Positions 50,167 to 60,537 of a stretch of 64,000 nucleotides of DNA are shown one piece after another (position 1 is the stretch's first letter; every line of letters begins with the position of its first letter). This DNA comes from Calditrichia bacterium. Lineage in GTDB: Bacteria; Calditrichota; Calditrichia; RBG-13-44-9; J075. The DNA is taken from NCBI GenBank assembly GCA_050633245.1, contig JBOEGD010000007.1, positions 320,640 to 384,639 on the forward strand. The letters are read 5' to 3'. Made by a program: the position numbers and the translations under genes. The notes under the pieces were generated by a model. The model was not told where the DNA came from. It saw nothing but the letters and a program-made list of their open reading frames with translations, and made no database searches.

Positions 50167-50441
50167 CAATATGTTTAATTTATCTTACAAACAGGTTCCT
50201 CAATTTCGCTCTCAGTTACAAATTTGGTGAGCGTTTGATAATTGATTTTTGTCTTTCCTTCTGACTGGACGAAACCTAGTCAACGAATTTATATTTGTCA
50301 ATCCTAAAATGTATTTTCATAAAAAAACCGCAAACCCAACGCCTTTCGGCGTGAGATTTCACGGTTTTCAACAATCTGTTTTTATTGACTATACAAAAAA
50401 CAATTCGCAGTCAAAGAAAGTTGTAAAAAAAGCTTACCTGC

Positions 50442-52184
50442 CTAGCGAATCAGCATCATTTTCTTAGCAGAGACTTCACTTCCAGCCGTCAGGCGATAGA
50501 GATAAACACCACTGGTTACAGCCTTTCCAAGGTTGTTTTTTCCATTCCATGAAACGGTATGATTTCCTGCTTCAACCGTTCCGGAAACCAGGGTCCGAAC
50601 AGTCTGACCGAGCATATTGTGAACAGTCAATGTAACCTCTGCGGAACGCGGAGTCGCGAAGCGAATTTCGGTGGTCGGGTTGAACGGATTCGGATAATTC
50701 TGCTGCAGTTGATAGCCGGTTGGCAATGCGGAAAGAGCATCGTCTTCAATGCCAACCAGGGTGCCGGTTGCATCGACACGGTCGCCGTAAATATCCCAGT
50801 TGCCACTGCGATTATCTTCCCAAGCAATATAAGCACCGCCGGCACCGTCTGAAGCAATGGTTGGGTTAGGTTCATCATGGAAGCCCTGGGAGATAAAGAT
50901 ACCTCTTGAACCACCCGAGGTAGACCATTGAGGGACTCCTGAAGAATTGATGTGCTGAGCCCACACATCTCGATCGGTTGCATTAAACTCGCGTTCGTAA
51001 GTAATTATCACACCGTCGGCTCCGTCCGAAACAATCTGCGGTTTGGCAAATGGGTCTCCCAACGTCGTGTCGCTAACTAATACTGGAGTACTTCCCCAAA
51101 GAGGAAACTGCCCATCCAGTGAGGCCTTTTGTGCATATATTCGTTTATCACCACCAACTTTGTTTGCTTCCCAAACGAAAATCGTACCATCTGCAACTTG
51201 AAGTAGTTGAATATTGTCATCAAAGGCAAGTGCTGCATCAGTAAAAACACCCCAAACTTTTGTCCCGTCTAACGCACGGCCAACACTTTCAATATTCCAG
51301 TCTGTTGCAGAAATTTCTTGTGACCATGAAAATACGATATTGCCATTCGCGTCTAGCGCCATTGATGGCCGCAATTGCGGTATCATTCCGCCAGCCGGCG
51401 AAACAGCTGTATCAGCCAGCGTCCACATTAATGCACCGTTTGGATCGAGTCGATTGGCATAAACATCAGTGGTATCGTTTCGGCTGTCTTCCCAGCACAC
51501 AATCGCGCCACCAACACCATCGCCGATGACCTTAGGAAAACGCTCATCATCCGAGGCAGAGGTAACCACTACACCTTCCGTTCCCCAGAGTTGATTTCCA
51601 CTTGCATCGATTCGTTGTGCATACACATCATGGTCTGTTGTAGAGAACTCTAATTCCCATACGATGATAGCACCGCCGGCACCGTCTGAAGCGATACCGA
51701 TTGGTACATCAGGCCCCGTCAAGGCAGTCGTTGCAACCAGAACACCATTCGCCGTCCATAATGCAGCTCCGGAGGCATCCATGCGCATAGCGTATACCTG
51801 CCAGCCACCACTGCGATCATCGGCGAAAGCACTGATCATGCCACCAGCTCCATCACCTACGGCTACTGGACTTTGCTGGTTTGCAGCATCATTGGAAACG
51901 TTAACCCCGGCCGGATCCCAGGCAATATTAGCGTTTGCTTCCATTAGCTGTGCAGCCAAATCGAAGCCGGTTGCGGTCTTTTGCTGATCCCATACTGCTA
52001 TCGCTTGCCCATTGCCATCGGCAACGATAAATGGATTAAGGTTATCGTCTGCATCATTCGTTAACGGACGAACCGTTAGTGAATTCATTTCTCCAGTTGC
52101 ACCAGCTTTTTTATCGCCATTAGCAAATAAAAGACCGGGCATTAAAAAGAAAAACATCCCTATTAGTGTATAGATTAACTTCAT
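50442..52184 (-). CDS. Secreted repeat protein (probable beta-propeller) with CTD
   Basis: About 8 repeats of DG.GGA...WE......D.YAQR.D.SG...W; signal peptide; NYPNPFNP tail. Confidence 0.75.
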   Translation of the reverse strand: MKLIYTLIGMFFFLMPGLLFANGDKKAGATGEMNSLTVRPLTNDADDNLNPFIVADGNGQAIAVWDQQKTATGFDLAAQLMEANANIAWDPAGVNVSNDAANQQSPVAVGDGAGGMISAFADDRSGGWQVYAMRMDASGAALWTANGVLVATTALTGPDVPIGIASDGAGGAIIVWELEFSTTDHDVYAQRIDASGNQLWGTEGVVVTSASDDERFPKVIGDGVGGAIVCWEDSRNDTTDVYANRLDPNGALMWTLADTAVSPAGGMIPQLRPSMALDANGNIVFSWSQEISATDWNIESVGRALDGTKVWGVFTDAALAFDDNIQLLQVADGTIFVWEANKVGGDKRIYAQKASLDGQFPLWGSTPVLVSDTTLGDPFAKPQIVSDGADGVIITYEREFNATDRDVWAQHINSSGVPQWSTSGGSRGIFISQGFHDEPNPTIASDGAGGAYIAWEDNRSGNWDIYGDRVDATGTLVGIEDDALSALPTGYQLQQNYPNPFNPTTEIRFATPRSAEVTLTVHNMLGQTVRTLVSGTVEAGNHTVSWNGKNNLGKAVTSGVYLYRLTAGSEVSAKKMMLIR

Positions 52185-52534
52185 ACTACTACCTCCTTGA
52201 TATGTGAAGTGTGGGTAAATTTAGTCCATTAGCTAATCCTTCGCTTATCATTTTTTCGCGGAGAAATGCTTGGTCTAAATGTGAATTGTAAGATCGGTTG
52301 AGCTTTTGAGGAGACACATTACGAACATAGCTGAACTGTAATGTAGATTACATTATAAGGCGCTACTGAGGAACGCTTTGGTGATTGGAAGCACCGTCGC
52401 CACGGTTGGCTTTAAATAAATGACAGCGGGTAGCTGTGGCAAGACAGTAAACAACTTTGAACTCTGAACTTTGAACCTTATTCCAGCTGACGTGTATAGC
52501 AGAAGAAACCAACAATAATTAGTAGAGGTAAAAC

Positions 52535-53704
52535 GTGAGAACATACAGCCCAACTTTAAGATCATTAATAACTTATGTCCTGCTTGGCTTTATCCTCTCT
52601 CCCCTTTCTGCCCAAGAGGCAGAGAATATTCGATATATCCGCGAAACGGGTTATTTAGGCACCGATTATTATGCCCAACAATCGATACTCTGGAAAGAAC
52701 GAGCTCAAAAAAATAATGCGCCCGTAATTGCCTGGTTCAACTATTTCATGGCAACAGAGTATAGTTTTATTGGTGGCTCCCTTTCATCAGATGATAAAAA
52801 CAAAGCACTCAAAGACATTCTGAAGCAGGTAAAGCAGAATCACGACAATACATTCGAATATTTACAGCTTAAAGCGCGCGTTGAACCAGACAATATGGCC
52901 GCGATTTTGAAAGCGCAACAACTGATTCCTGAAGACCCGGAACCGTATACCTCGCTAATTCGACATGCGGCTATAAATGGAGAGAAGCAGAAATTTTCAG
53001 AGTATACCAAAGCCCTTTACGAAACGGCTAGCATTCATCCGGTGCTATTGGACTATAATTATAACATGTTAATGAGCACAGCTGAAAATGCGGTATTGTT
53101 GACCAATGGCGACAACGATACCTACCCAACCTGGCTACTTCAGGAGGTAAAATCTATTCGCACAGACGTTACCGTAATCAATATTTATCTCGCGAAAGGA
53201 TATCCCGGCTACCTGGCGCTGCAGCTGAATACTGCCGGACTTAAACGGTTCAAGGCCGATCCCGAAAAAATGAGTCATGCGGAATTTCTGAAGTCACTTT
53301 GTGAACACATCTTTGAACAAAAGCGACCGATCTATCTGGCAGCAACAGTTTTTGCGGGTACATATGAAGAAATAAAAGATCGTCTTTTTACCACAGGGCT
53401 GACGTTTCGCTATAGCAAAGAACGTTTTGACAATGTTGCTGAAATTGACAAATATTGGAAACAAAATTACCGTCTCGATAGTCTAACAAAGAGTTGGTAT
53501 ACCGAGCAGCATATTTCAGACAACCTTGTTAATCAGCTGAACATGAACTACATCTCCCCTGCCCTTGCTCTGGCTGATAAAGCAGAAGAGACCAACGACC
53601 AGAGGGAAGCGGACAGGCTCATAAAAATAATTAAGATGCTGGCAGAGCGCGCAGACCAACTGGCAGAAATCAATGACTATCTAAATAAAAAATTCGACGA
53701 GTAA
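52535..53704 (+). CDS. Exported helical protein with DUF2723/TMEM260-like NGDNDTYP domain
   Basis: Signal peptide; YNYNML....[27 protein letters not shown]. Confidence 0.6.
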   Translation: MRTYSPTLRSLITYVLLGFILSPLSAQEAENIRYIRETGYLGTDYYAQQSILWKERAQKNNAPVIAWFNYFMATEYSFIGGSLSSDDKNKALKDILKQVKQNHDNTFEYLQLKARVEPDNMAAILKAQQLIPEDPEPYTSLIRHAAINGEKQKFSEYTKALYETASIHPVLLDYNYNMLMSTAENAVLLTNGDNDTYPTWLLQEVKSIRTDVTVINIYLAKGYPGYLALQLNTAGLKRFKADPEKMSHAEFLKSLCEHIFEQKRPIYLAATVFAGTYEEIKDRLFTTGLTFRYSKERFDNVAEIDKYWKQNYRLDSLTKSWYTEQHISDNLVNQLNMNYISPALALADKAEETNDQREADRLIKIIKMLAERADQLAEINDYLNKKFDE

Positions 53705-53708
53705 GCTC

Positions 53709-54320
53709 TTGCGAAATGTAATAAATTTGCAGCTATCTGATGAACAGCTTATGGAGCGCGTAAAAGCGATTCGCGACACGCCAGCCTTCGAGGAGCTCTA
53801 TGGACGCTATTCGAAAAGACTGCTAATTTACTTTTTGAGAATGCTTGGTGGGGACGAGGCAAAAGCGCAGGATTTTTTGCAAGACCTCTTTATTAAGATT
53901 ATTGAGAAGCGACACCAGTATCAAGATGGAGCAAAGTTTTCCAGCTGGCTATATACCATTGCCGGCAATATGTGCAAGAATGAATATCGTTCGCTTAAGG
54001 TGCGGAGAATAATTGATCGCGAAGCAAATCCGGACAGCTACACAACTGAGGATGTCAGAACCAAAATTGAGTCTTCTCTCGATGGCCTGAAACTGCAGAC
54101 TAAAGTTCTGCGTAAGTTGGAAGACTTCGACGTCTATCAACGCAGCGCATTTTTACTGCGGTTCCAGGAGCAGCTCTCTATTCGTGAAATTAGCACCATT
54201 ATGAATTGCGCTGAAGGCACAACAAAATCAAGACTATTTTATGTAACAAGAAAACTGGCCAAGGCTTTACAAGCCTGGCATTCAGTTACTAATGAGGTGA
54301 ATACAAATGAGTCCGAATAA
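53709..54320 (+). CDS. ECF RNA polymerase sigma factor
   Basis: SDEQLM, AFEELY.RY, AQDFLQD.F, FSSWLYTIA.N, EIS.IM....GTTKSRL. Confidence 0.92.
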   Translation: MRNVINLQLSDEQLMERVKAIRDTPAFEELYGRYSKRLLIYFLRMLGGDEAKAQDFLQDLFIKIIEKRHQYQDGAKFSSWLYTIAGNMCKNEYRSLKVRRIIDREANPDSYTTEDVRTKIESSLDGLKLQTKVLRKLEDFDVYQRSAFLLRFQEQLSIREISTIMNCAEGTTKSRLFYVTRKLAKALQAWHSVTNEVNTNESE

Positions 54321-54807
54321 CAAGAAGTTGGAAGGAAAGCGCCTGGAATACTTGCTCAACAAACCACTTGGCGAACTAACGGATGCGGAACAACTAGAAC
54401 TCGAAACGCTGCTGGACGCCTCGCATCATGACGTTTGGGAAAATGCTCTGTCTCAGTTGATGAGCGTAGAAACCGAAGCAATTTCTCCTGAACCGGGAAT
54501 ACAGCTGCGCCTGGTGAAAGAACTGGAAAACGACACGGTTCAGCGTGGGTTCCAGACACGCCTTGGCAGTTTTTTATCTGCGCGTGTTCCCGCATATCAG
54601 GCAGCCGCTGCCGTAGCAATATTATTAATAATGATTATGATTGGCGGAGGCAACACAGAATTGCCCGAAGTAAATCCGTCAGCACGCGCTGTCTCTATTC
54701 AATATGCAGATACCACACAGCGAGACAGTCTTAAATTCGATAGTCATACCGGGCGAACGCTGCATGAGGACAGTTTACTCGCTCGCTTTCGCCGCGCGGT
54801 AATGTAG
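54307..54807 (+). CDS. Putative single-TM anti-sigma factor
   Basis: Overlaps the sigma gene; N-terminal helices, then TM AAAAVAILLIMIMIGG, short periplasmic tail. Confidence 0.65.
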   Translation: MSPNNKKLEGKRLEYLLNKPLGELTDAEQLELETLLDASHHDVWENALSQLMSVETEAISPEPGIQLRLVKELENDTVQRGFQTRLGSFLSARVPAYQAAAAVAILLIMIMIGGGNTELPEVNPSARAVSIQYADTTQRDSLKFDSHTGRTLHEDSLLARFRRAVM

Positions 54808-54856
54808 CAAGTAACTCAAAATCATTGCATTTTGCACCCCGAAGTCCTATTTTAAA

Positions 54857-54891
54857 GGCAGCTGTGGTCTTAAAGGCCATAGCTGTTTTTG
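54857..54891 (+). terminator. Probable terminator of the ECF operon
   Basis: ggcagctgtggtc-ttaaa-ggccatagctgtttttg. Confidence 0.6.
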
Positions 54892-54931
54892 TTTCAACAC
54901 CAATCACCGCCAGTATGTAGTATCTGATGAA

Positions 54932-56299
54932 ATGGAGAAGCCTATGAAAACCGGCGTCCTCACATTAATTTTTGCAATCGTTGTTATCGGTCTTATTTTG
55001 ACCCGCTTTGGCACAGTTGAAGAGCAGCATCTCGTTGTAGCGACAAAAACAACTGAAGCTGAAGCCATCGAATTTGCCAAAGAACTTCGCAAAGGCAAAT
55101 ATGCCAGTGAAGTTTATTTGAATAAGCGCGACCTCTATATTGTTACTCTTGGAAAGTTTCCGGCTTCTGAAATCTCTCAGGTAAAAGAAAAGGCTATCCG
55201 CCAGGGTTATGCCGACCTCAATGCGACACCAAACGATGGTGACAGTTTTAAAACACGTATTTTCCCGGAAGACCAAAAAGAAGTTTTTCTGGTTACGTTT
55301 GAAAGTCCGGTGCAACAGCGGGCAATAGATGAAGCAAAGAAATTGCGCCAGAATTACTCAAATAGCAAGGTCTACCAAAAGCCCGACGGAACTTATGCGG
55401 TAACAATTGGTAAATTTCCAAAAGATCAAGCCGACATCCTTGCAGAAAAGTTTGACAAGGAATCTTATGAGACAGATGGTAAGGATCTCTACACTTTAAT
55501 CTACCCGCGCCCGGAAGACAACTATTACGTGGTGGTTAAACGCTTCCAGCGAAAAAATGATGGGTTAAAATGGGCAAGAACATTGCGCGACTCAACTGCC
55601 TACGATACGCGAATGTATTTTACTACACTCGGCGAATATGTTGTTACCATTGGCTACGCCGGTGAAAGTCAGGCAAAGCGTTTACAGCAGCGGGCAATAG
55701 AATCCGGCCTTGCCAATCGCGACTCTTATCTGGCAACCGAAGATGATCTTGGTGGACGCGTCAATCTGGATTCCGGTGAGGTCATCTCATTTGTTGATGA
55801 TACAGCAGACAAGGTAGAAGAACCCGTTGGCGTGGTATCGCCTATTAAGCCGGTGGTCGGCAATCGCAAAAAGGTCTTTCCCGGAGATCCACGTCCGATA
55901 GAAGAACGCACCGGTGCTGCTCCCCAACGCGATCCGGAATTATTGAACCCGGATCTACTAAAGGATGCTCCCGTCAACGCTCCCACCAAAAGTCCTTCCG
56001 CACCCGCCAGTAAGCCGGTTGTAAAGGAAAAACCTGTTTCGGTTAATAGTGACTTTTACATTGTCGCAATTACCAGCAGCTCAATGGAAGAAGCTCTTCA
56101 GCTAACGAAGATTTATCGCGAGGAAGGATTTGAAGGTCAACTATTTAGCACGAAGTCCGGGAAATATAGCGTTACTCTGGGTCATTATCCACAGGCTAAG
56201 GCAGAACGCATGCGACAGTTGGCGATATCCAGCGGTTCGGCAAAAGAAGATGCCTACCTGGCATCCGGTAGTGAGTTTAAGGGAAGGATATACCCATAA
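54932..56299 (+). CDS. Membrane-anchored protein with four SPOR-like domains
   Basis: N-terminal TM; four repeats of A....K.LR......Y.VT(L/I)G.(F/Y)...A; Pro-rich linker. Confidence 0.7.
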   Translation: MEKPMKTGVLTLIFAIVVIGLILTRFGTVEEQHLVVATKTTEAEAIEFAKELRKGKYASEVYLNKRDLYIVTLGKFPASEISQVKEKAIRQGYADLNATPNDGDSFKTRIFPEDQKEVFLVTFESPVQQRAIDEAKKLRQNYSNSKVYQKPDGTYAVTIGKFPKDQADILAEKFDKESYETDGKDLYTLIYPRPEDNYYVVVKRFQRKNDGLKWARTLRDSTAYDTRMYFTTLGEYVVTIGYAGESQAKRLQQRAIESGLANRDSYLATEDDLGGRVNLDSGEVISFVDDTADKVEEPVGVVSPIKPVVGNRKKVFPGDPRPIEERTGAAPQRDPELLNPDLLKDAPVNAPTKSPSAPASKPVVKEKPVSVNSDFYIVAITSSSMEEALQLTKIYREEGFEGQLFSTKSGKYSVTLGHYPQAKAERMRQLAISSGSAKEDAYLASGSEFKGRIYP

Positions 56300-56451
56300 C
56301 CTACAGGGATCGGAAGTCAGACCGCTTCACTGACAGAGCACAGAAAAGAATGAGTGGAAGAATGCAAGACTAACAACATTGCCTTATTGCCTTATTCACT
56401 CTGAACTCCGAACATAAGAAAGCAAGTTGCCTTAGTGCCTTATTGCCATAC

Positions 56452-56473
56452 ACCCACGACTAAAGCCATGGGC
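56452..56473. repeat. REP-like hairpin
   Basis: ACCCACGAC-TAAA-GCCATGGGC; related to copies at 34800 and 19985. Confidence 0.65.
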
Positions 56474-56479
56474 CATATA

Positions 56480-56563
56480 TTCACTGTTCACTTTTCACTG
56501 TTTACTTTTCACTGTTCACTTTTCACTTTTCACTTTTCACTTTTCACTTTTCACTTTTCACTT
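56480..56563 (+). repeat. Heptamer tandem array TTCACT(T/G) x12
   Basis: Read directly; reverse complement of the AAGTGAA unit. Confidence 0.9.
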
Positions 56564-56586
56564 CGAAGCTAATCACACGCCCCTTT

Positions 56587-57063
56587 CTAAGCGATAGCTC
56601 CCCTAATCTTATTGCCCGCGGCCTTTACCGCTTTCAATCGAACCATCTGATCGCGATCGACATATGCTCCCGTTACTTTGATAAAGTCTGAATCCTTCAG
56701 CGTATTCATAAATCGAGCCTCCTCCTCGGCCATTTCAAGCAGGCGAGCCTTTATCCACGAGTTTTCTTGCTTCGACAGTGCTAACGTGTTCAGAGATGCC
56801 ACCGCCCTGGCAACGACATCCTTATTTCTATCGCTCAGCAGACTAAATAGCAGCTTCTTTTGAGCCGGATGCTTCAGCTTTGCCAATTCAGAGGCTACAG
56901 CAGAGCGTGCATGATAATTACCTCGTTCAAGGGAAAATTTTAGCATTTCGATGTTTTGGGATTTTCGCCAATGGCGCACATAAAATTGCCGTGGCTTTAG
57001 AATGGTAAAACGTACAAGCAGATTTAGAAGCATCATAGCCTCTCCTCCTAAGTTAGTCTCCAC
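56587..57063 (-). CDS. Small HEAT-repeat-like protein
   Basis: ARSAVASELAK...LLSDRNKDVVARAVASL; true start probably at MMLLN behind GGAGG. Confidence 0.55.
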   Translation of the reverse strand: METNLGGEAMMLLNLLVRFTILKPRQFYVRHWRKSQNIEMLKFSLERGNYHARSAVASELAKLKHPAQKKLLFSLLSDRNKDVVARAVASLNTLALSKQENSWIKARLLEMAEEEARFMNTLKDSDFIKVTGAYVDRDQMVRLKAVKAAGNKIRGAIA

Positions 57064-57127
57064 TCGTATTTACGACATATTTAGGGAATTGTTACTTTAG
57101 GTAATCTGGCTTCCCACGTCTCACATC

Positions 57128-57439
57128 TTACACTTTCCAACCATACTCTCGCAGACTCACCTTTTCGCTTTTAAAAACTATGCCTTCTGCCTCCAGTAAA
57201 CTCTTCTGTAAAAAATAGCGTCCGTCTTCTTTGGACAAAGAGATTTGACCCTTCGAGTTTATGACGCGCTGCCAGGGCAAATCTAATTCAGACGGAGAGC
57301 TGTGTAAGGCATAACCAACCAATCTGGCATGGCCTTCCAAACCAGCAACACGTGCAACCTGGCCATAGGTGGCCACACGGCCTTTCGGGATTTGCTTTAC
57401 TACGTTAAAAATAAGGCGATGCTTCTCGGAAATATTCAT
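57128..57439 (-). CDS. Alkyltransferase-like protein (ATL/YbaZ)
   Basis: IP.G.VATYGQVA, ARLVG, PWQRV (Trp in place of the MGMT catalytic Cys), LLEAEG. Confidence 0.88.
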   Translation of the reverse strand: MNISEKHRLIFNVVKQIPKGRVATYGQVARVAGLEGHARLVGYALHSSPSELDLPWQRVINSKGQISLSKEDGRYFLQKSLLEAEGIVFKSEKVSLREYGWKV

Positions 57440-57864
57440 CCAGGAAATTACTGCATCGTTGGGGATCAGACAAGCCTTTCAAGAACTTAGCCTAAAAAGT
57501 ACCATATTGGAATCGATCCGGTTAAAGTTTTGCTAATTTCAAACGTTCTTAAACTTCGATTACCGAAATCGGCGGGCAGGGGTCTTTTTTCTATATAAAA
57601 TCTAACAGTGGGAGTAAAAGTTCTTGTCAAACGGAGCCTTTTTTGCGCCTCGCCTGACACTGCCTGGACTGTATTTTATGAGGAATTGCTTGGGGCTTAG
57701 AACAAACGAGTTATTCTTTTTCAGACATAAGATGGCGCTGGACAGAAAATCTGGTAGGTTTCACGCGCGAATAGGAATTGAATCAGATGCAGATCATCAT
57801 ACTGAGTTTTAGATTATCTAATCCCGGAAGAAATGCTTCGCAGATAGCTGCGAAGCATAATATT

Positions 57865-59004
57865 TCACTGATTGAGAAAACGTTCGAATGACGGTTTGGG
57901 AGTGCGATCCTCGAAGAAGACTCCCCAATGTTTTTCCACCTCATTAGGGCCGGATGCCTCTCCGCCTCCCTTCCAGGGCTCGTCAAACGCTTCGAACAGG
58001 AACGTCGTTACCTGATTCTCCTCGATCCACTTATCCAGCGCAATTAAAAATTCTCCCTGTGCCCGAACACTCACCTCGCCCTTGATAAGAGTTCCCTGTT
58101 CGTCCGGTCCGGTTTTCTCAGCATTATAGATCGTCGCCCAACCAGTTTCTCCCAGAACAATTGCATGCTCCGGATAAGCCAACCGAATAGCACGATAAGT
58201 CGAATCTGTCCACACTATGGCGTTATCGAGCGTTTTACCATTCCACATTGCATACATATGACATACGATCAGATCAACTTCGGCAGCAAGCGCCTTACTT
58301 TCCGGTTTATTCCAAAAGTTGTAATCATCCGCAACAGTAACCGGCAATAATGTGTGTTTACGCACTGCCCGAACGTAGCGAATAAGATCCTCCCCCAGCA
58401 TTCTATGTCCAGACCAGAAGACCTGCGTTTCGTTACCGACGTTTATCGCTGCAAGCAACTCCGGGTATTCATTTGCCAATTCAATGCCACGCAGTACTTG
58501 CTTGATGTTTTGCTCCCGCCGAGCTGGTTTATCAGTTTCATTTTCAAGCCAAACACCAAGCATTACTTTAATTGGTAACTCATTGTCGCGAAGCACTTTC
58601 AATACGCGTTCGCTATCGTCATCCGAGGCGTAAACACGAATAAGATTCCAGTGCCGCGAAATTAACTGTAAATCTTCAAGAATTTCAGCTTCACTCGGTC
58701 CATTCACGCCGGGGGCCTGACCTTTTCGATATGGCCCGTAGGAAACAGCGTTACCGATCCACTCGCCATTTAAATAAGGAATAAACTCACGCTTTGTAAA
58801 TTCCACATCAGCCGGATAGCCTTTGCCGGCCAGCAGTTGTACTGTCAGCTGTTCCAATGTTAAACCATCGTTGCCGCTGCACGAGACCAGCAGCAAGAGC
58901 AAGGTAATTAATCCAGCTAATGAATATGGTGGACGTGCTAGCCGACCAGCTTTGGGGCTTTCAGAAATTTCTAACTTTTCTAATCCAGAATTTAAAACAT
59001 TCAT
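57865..59004 (-). CDS. GH17-family beta-1,3-glucan-active lipoprotein
   Basis: SYGPYR.GQ.P, IRVY, NVGNE acid/base, LGETGW nucleophile, FEAFDEPWK; lipobox LVSC; start uncertain (59004 or 59124). Confidence 0.82.
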   Translation of the reverse strand: MNVLNSGLEKLEISESPKAGRLARPPYSLAGLITLLLLLVSCSGNDGLTLEQLTVQLLAGKGYPADVEFTKREFIPYLNGEWIGNAVSYGPYRKGQAPGVNGPSEAEILEDLQLISRHWNLIRVYASDDDSERVLKVLRDNELPIKVMLGVWLENETDKPARREQNIKQVLRGIELANEYPELLAAINVGNETQVFWSGHRMLGEDLIRYVRAVRKHTLLPVTVADDYNFWNKPESKALAAEVDLIVCHMYAMWNGKTLDNAIVWTDSTYRAIRLAYPEHAIVLGETGWATIYNAEKTGPDEQGTLIKGEVSVRAQGEFLIALDKWIEENQVTTFLFEAFDEPWKGGGEASGPNEVEKHWGVFFEDRTPKPSFERFLNQ

Positions 59005-59216
59005 CCTCCCCCTACGTTCGGCAGCAAACAAATTATGGTCAAAGGCTGTAGGGCCACCTGTCTGCTTTTTATGAAAAGGAATACAATCCTCTAGTGCCGT
59101 TTTATAGTGCCTGGCATTGCTCATGCGGGCTCCTTTTTGTGAATACGTGAATCCGGAGGAAGCTATCCCCCAAGTTTGCGGGAGATAGCGGGTTAGTAGA
59201 GAATTATCGAATCGAA

Positions 59217-60038
59217 TTAAGATGATTCTGAATAGACACGAACCCAATCGATAATCATTGTCTGAGGAAATACGGTGCTTGAATTAGGCGGACCAACATA
59301 GCCTCCACCGACGGCAAGGTTCAGAATAATAAAAAAGGGCTGATTAAAAACCCATGTTCCATTTAAATCAGCGGGAGTAACCCTGTGATACAGTTTGTCA
59401 TCTACATACCAGTCGATATAATTCTCGCCCCACTCAATTGCAAACACATGAAAATCCGTATCGAAACGACTGTTCGCCAAATCGTATCGCTTTGTTACGC
59501 CACCCCCGGCGAAATTTCCCGGACCATGGACGGTTCCATGAATGGTGCTGGGCTCCTGACCGCGATATTCCATTATATCTATCTCGCCACACTGCGGCCA
59601 GCCGACAGTGTCGAAGTTCGATCCAAGAAGCCAGAATGCGGGCCAGATGCCCTGTCCCCAGGGAAGTTGAATGCGCGCTTCAAAGCGGCCGTATTTTTTG
59701 GCATATTTATTTGCAGTCGTTATTCTGCCGGATGTATAATTGCTTCCCTGATAGGACTCCTCACGAGCGATGATCAGCAGATTACCCTGGCCATCAACCG
59801 AAACATTGGTTGGACGATCGGTATCGTATTCGAGCTGATTATTACCCCAGTCCGTTCCGATGTCAAACACCCAATTTGAAGTGTCGGGAATTTGTCCGGC
59901 GGGGCCATCAAAATTATCTTCCCAGACCAATTGCCATGTAGTATCTGTACTCTCCGAAGAGCTGCTGCAAGCAGAAGTGAGAACCAAAACAACTATGATG
60001 AATACTGCACATGCGCAGCGCATAAATAATTTTGTCAT
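59217..60038 (-). CDS. GH16 endo-beta-1,3-glucanase (laminarinase) lipoprotein
   Basis: Lipobox TSAC, YGRFEAR, GIWPAFWLLG, WPQCGEIDIME (ExDxxE), LNLAVGG. Confidence 0.92.
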   Translation of the reverse strand: MTKLFMRCACAVFIIVVLVLTSACSSSSESTDTTWQLVWEDNFDGPAGQIPDTSNWVFDIGTDWGNNQLEYDTDRPTNVSVDGQGNLLIIAREESYQGSNYTSGRITTANKYAKKYGRFEARIQLPWGQGIWPAFWLLGSNFDTVGWPQCGEIDIMEYRGQEPSTIHGTVHGPGNFAGGGVTKRYDLANSRFDTDFHVFAIEWGENYIDWYVDDKLYHRVTPADLNGTWVFNQPFFIILNLAVGGGYVGPPNSSTVFPQTMIIDWVRVYSESS

Positions 60039-60203
60039 AATTTGTTTTCCTATACTTCATTATATATTTAAAAAACGAGTTCATTGAACTCTTTATTAAG
60101 TACAAATGTTGTCGTACCTGCTGTTATCGTTCTTTCACACAAATCGCTCCTGCACATTTTAGCCTTCACTGCAAAGAAACGGTGTTCCGCTTTTTATGGT
60201 TTC

Positions 60204-60218
60204 CCGAATCGATTCCAG
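60204..60218. promoter_or_regulatory. Candidate LacI-family operator upstream of the GH16 gene
   Basis: Palindromic core GAATCGATTC (minus strand CTGGAATCGATTCGG). Confidence 0.35.
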
Positions 60219-60537
60219 TAGCATCAAAAGCAATCTATACATTGCTCCAGCCACATAAAAATACACATTTCTCCAGAGTTCGATACATGCAAAATGAGCC
60301 AATGCGAGTAATAGCAGGGGATGCCAGAGTGGCCCAAACAACTTTGTTCGCTTACCGAACAATTTAACAGTGCATGTCGAAATTGTCAAGAAAAAAATAG
60401 CGGGTAAGTGTCAACGCGGGATTAAATCAGTAACAGGAGTTCTCAAGAGCGAAGCGACCAGCAGAAAATTTCCAGAAACGAACATCCTTGTTCTGTGCTC
60501 CAGAAGCGAGCGATCTGAAGCCTGTCCTTTGTCTACT

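Noticed and set aside
52270-52500. ECF-type promoters (TGAACC/TCAACC) in the divergent spacer
   Set aside because: AAC-to-CGT spacing is non-canonical, and the plus-strand motif is part of a heptamer repeat
56480-56563. Possible CRISPR array
   Set aside because: Contiguous 7 bp units with no unique spacers and no cas genes
57128-57439. Active O6-methylguanine methyltransferase
   Set aside because: PWQRV replaces PCHRV, so it is a non-catalytic ATL protein
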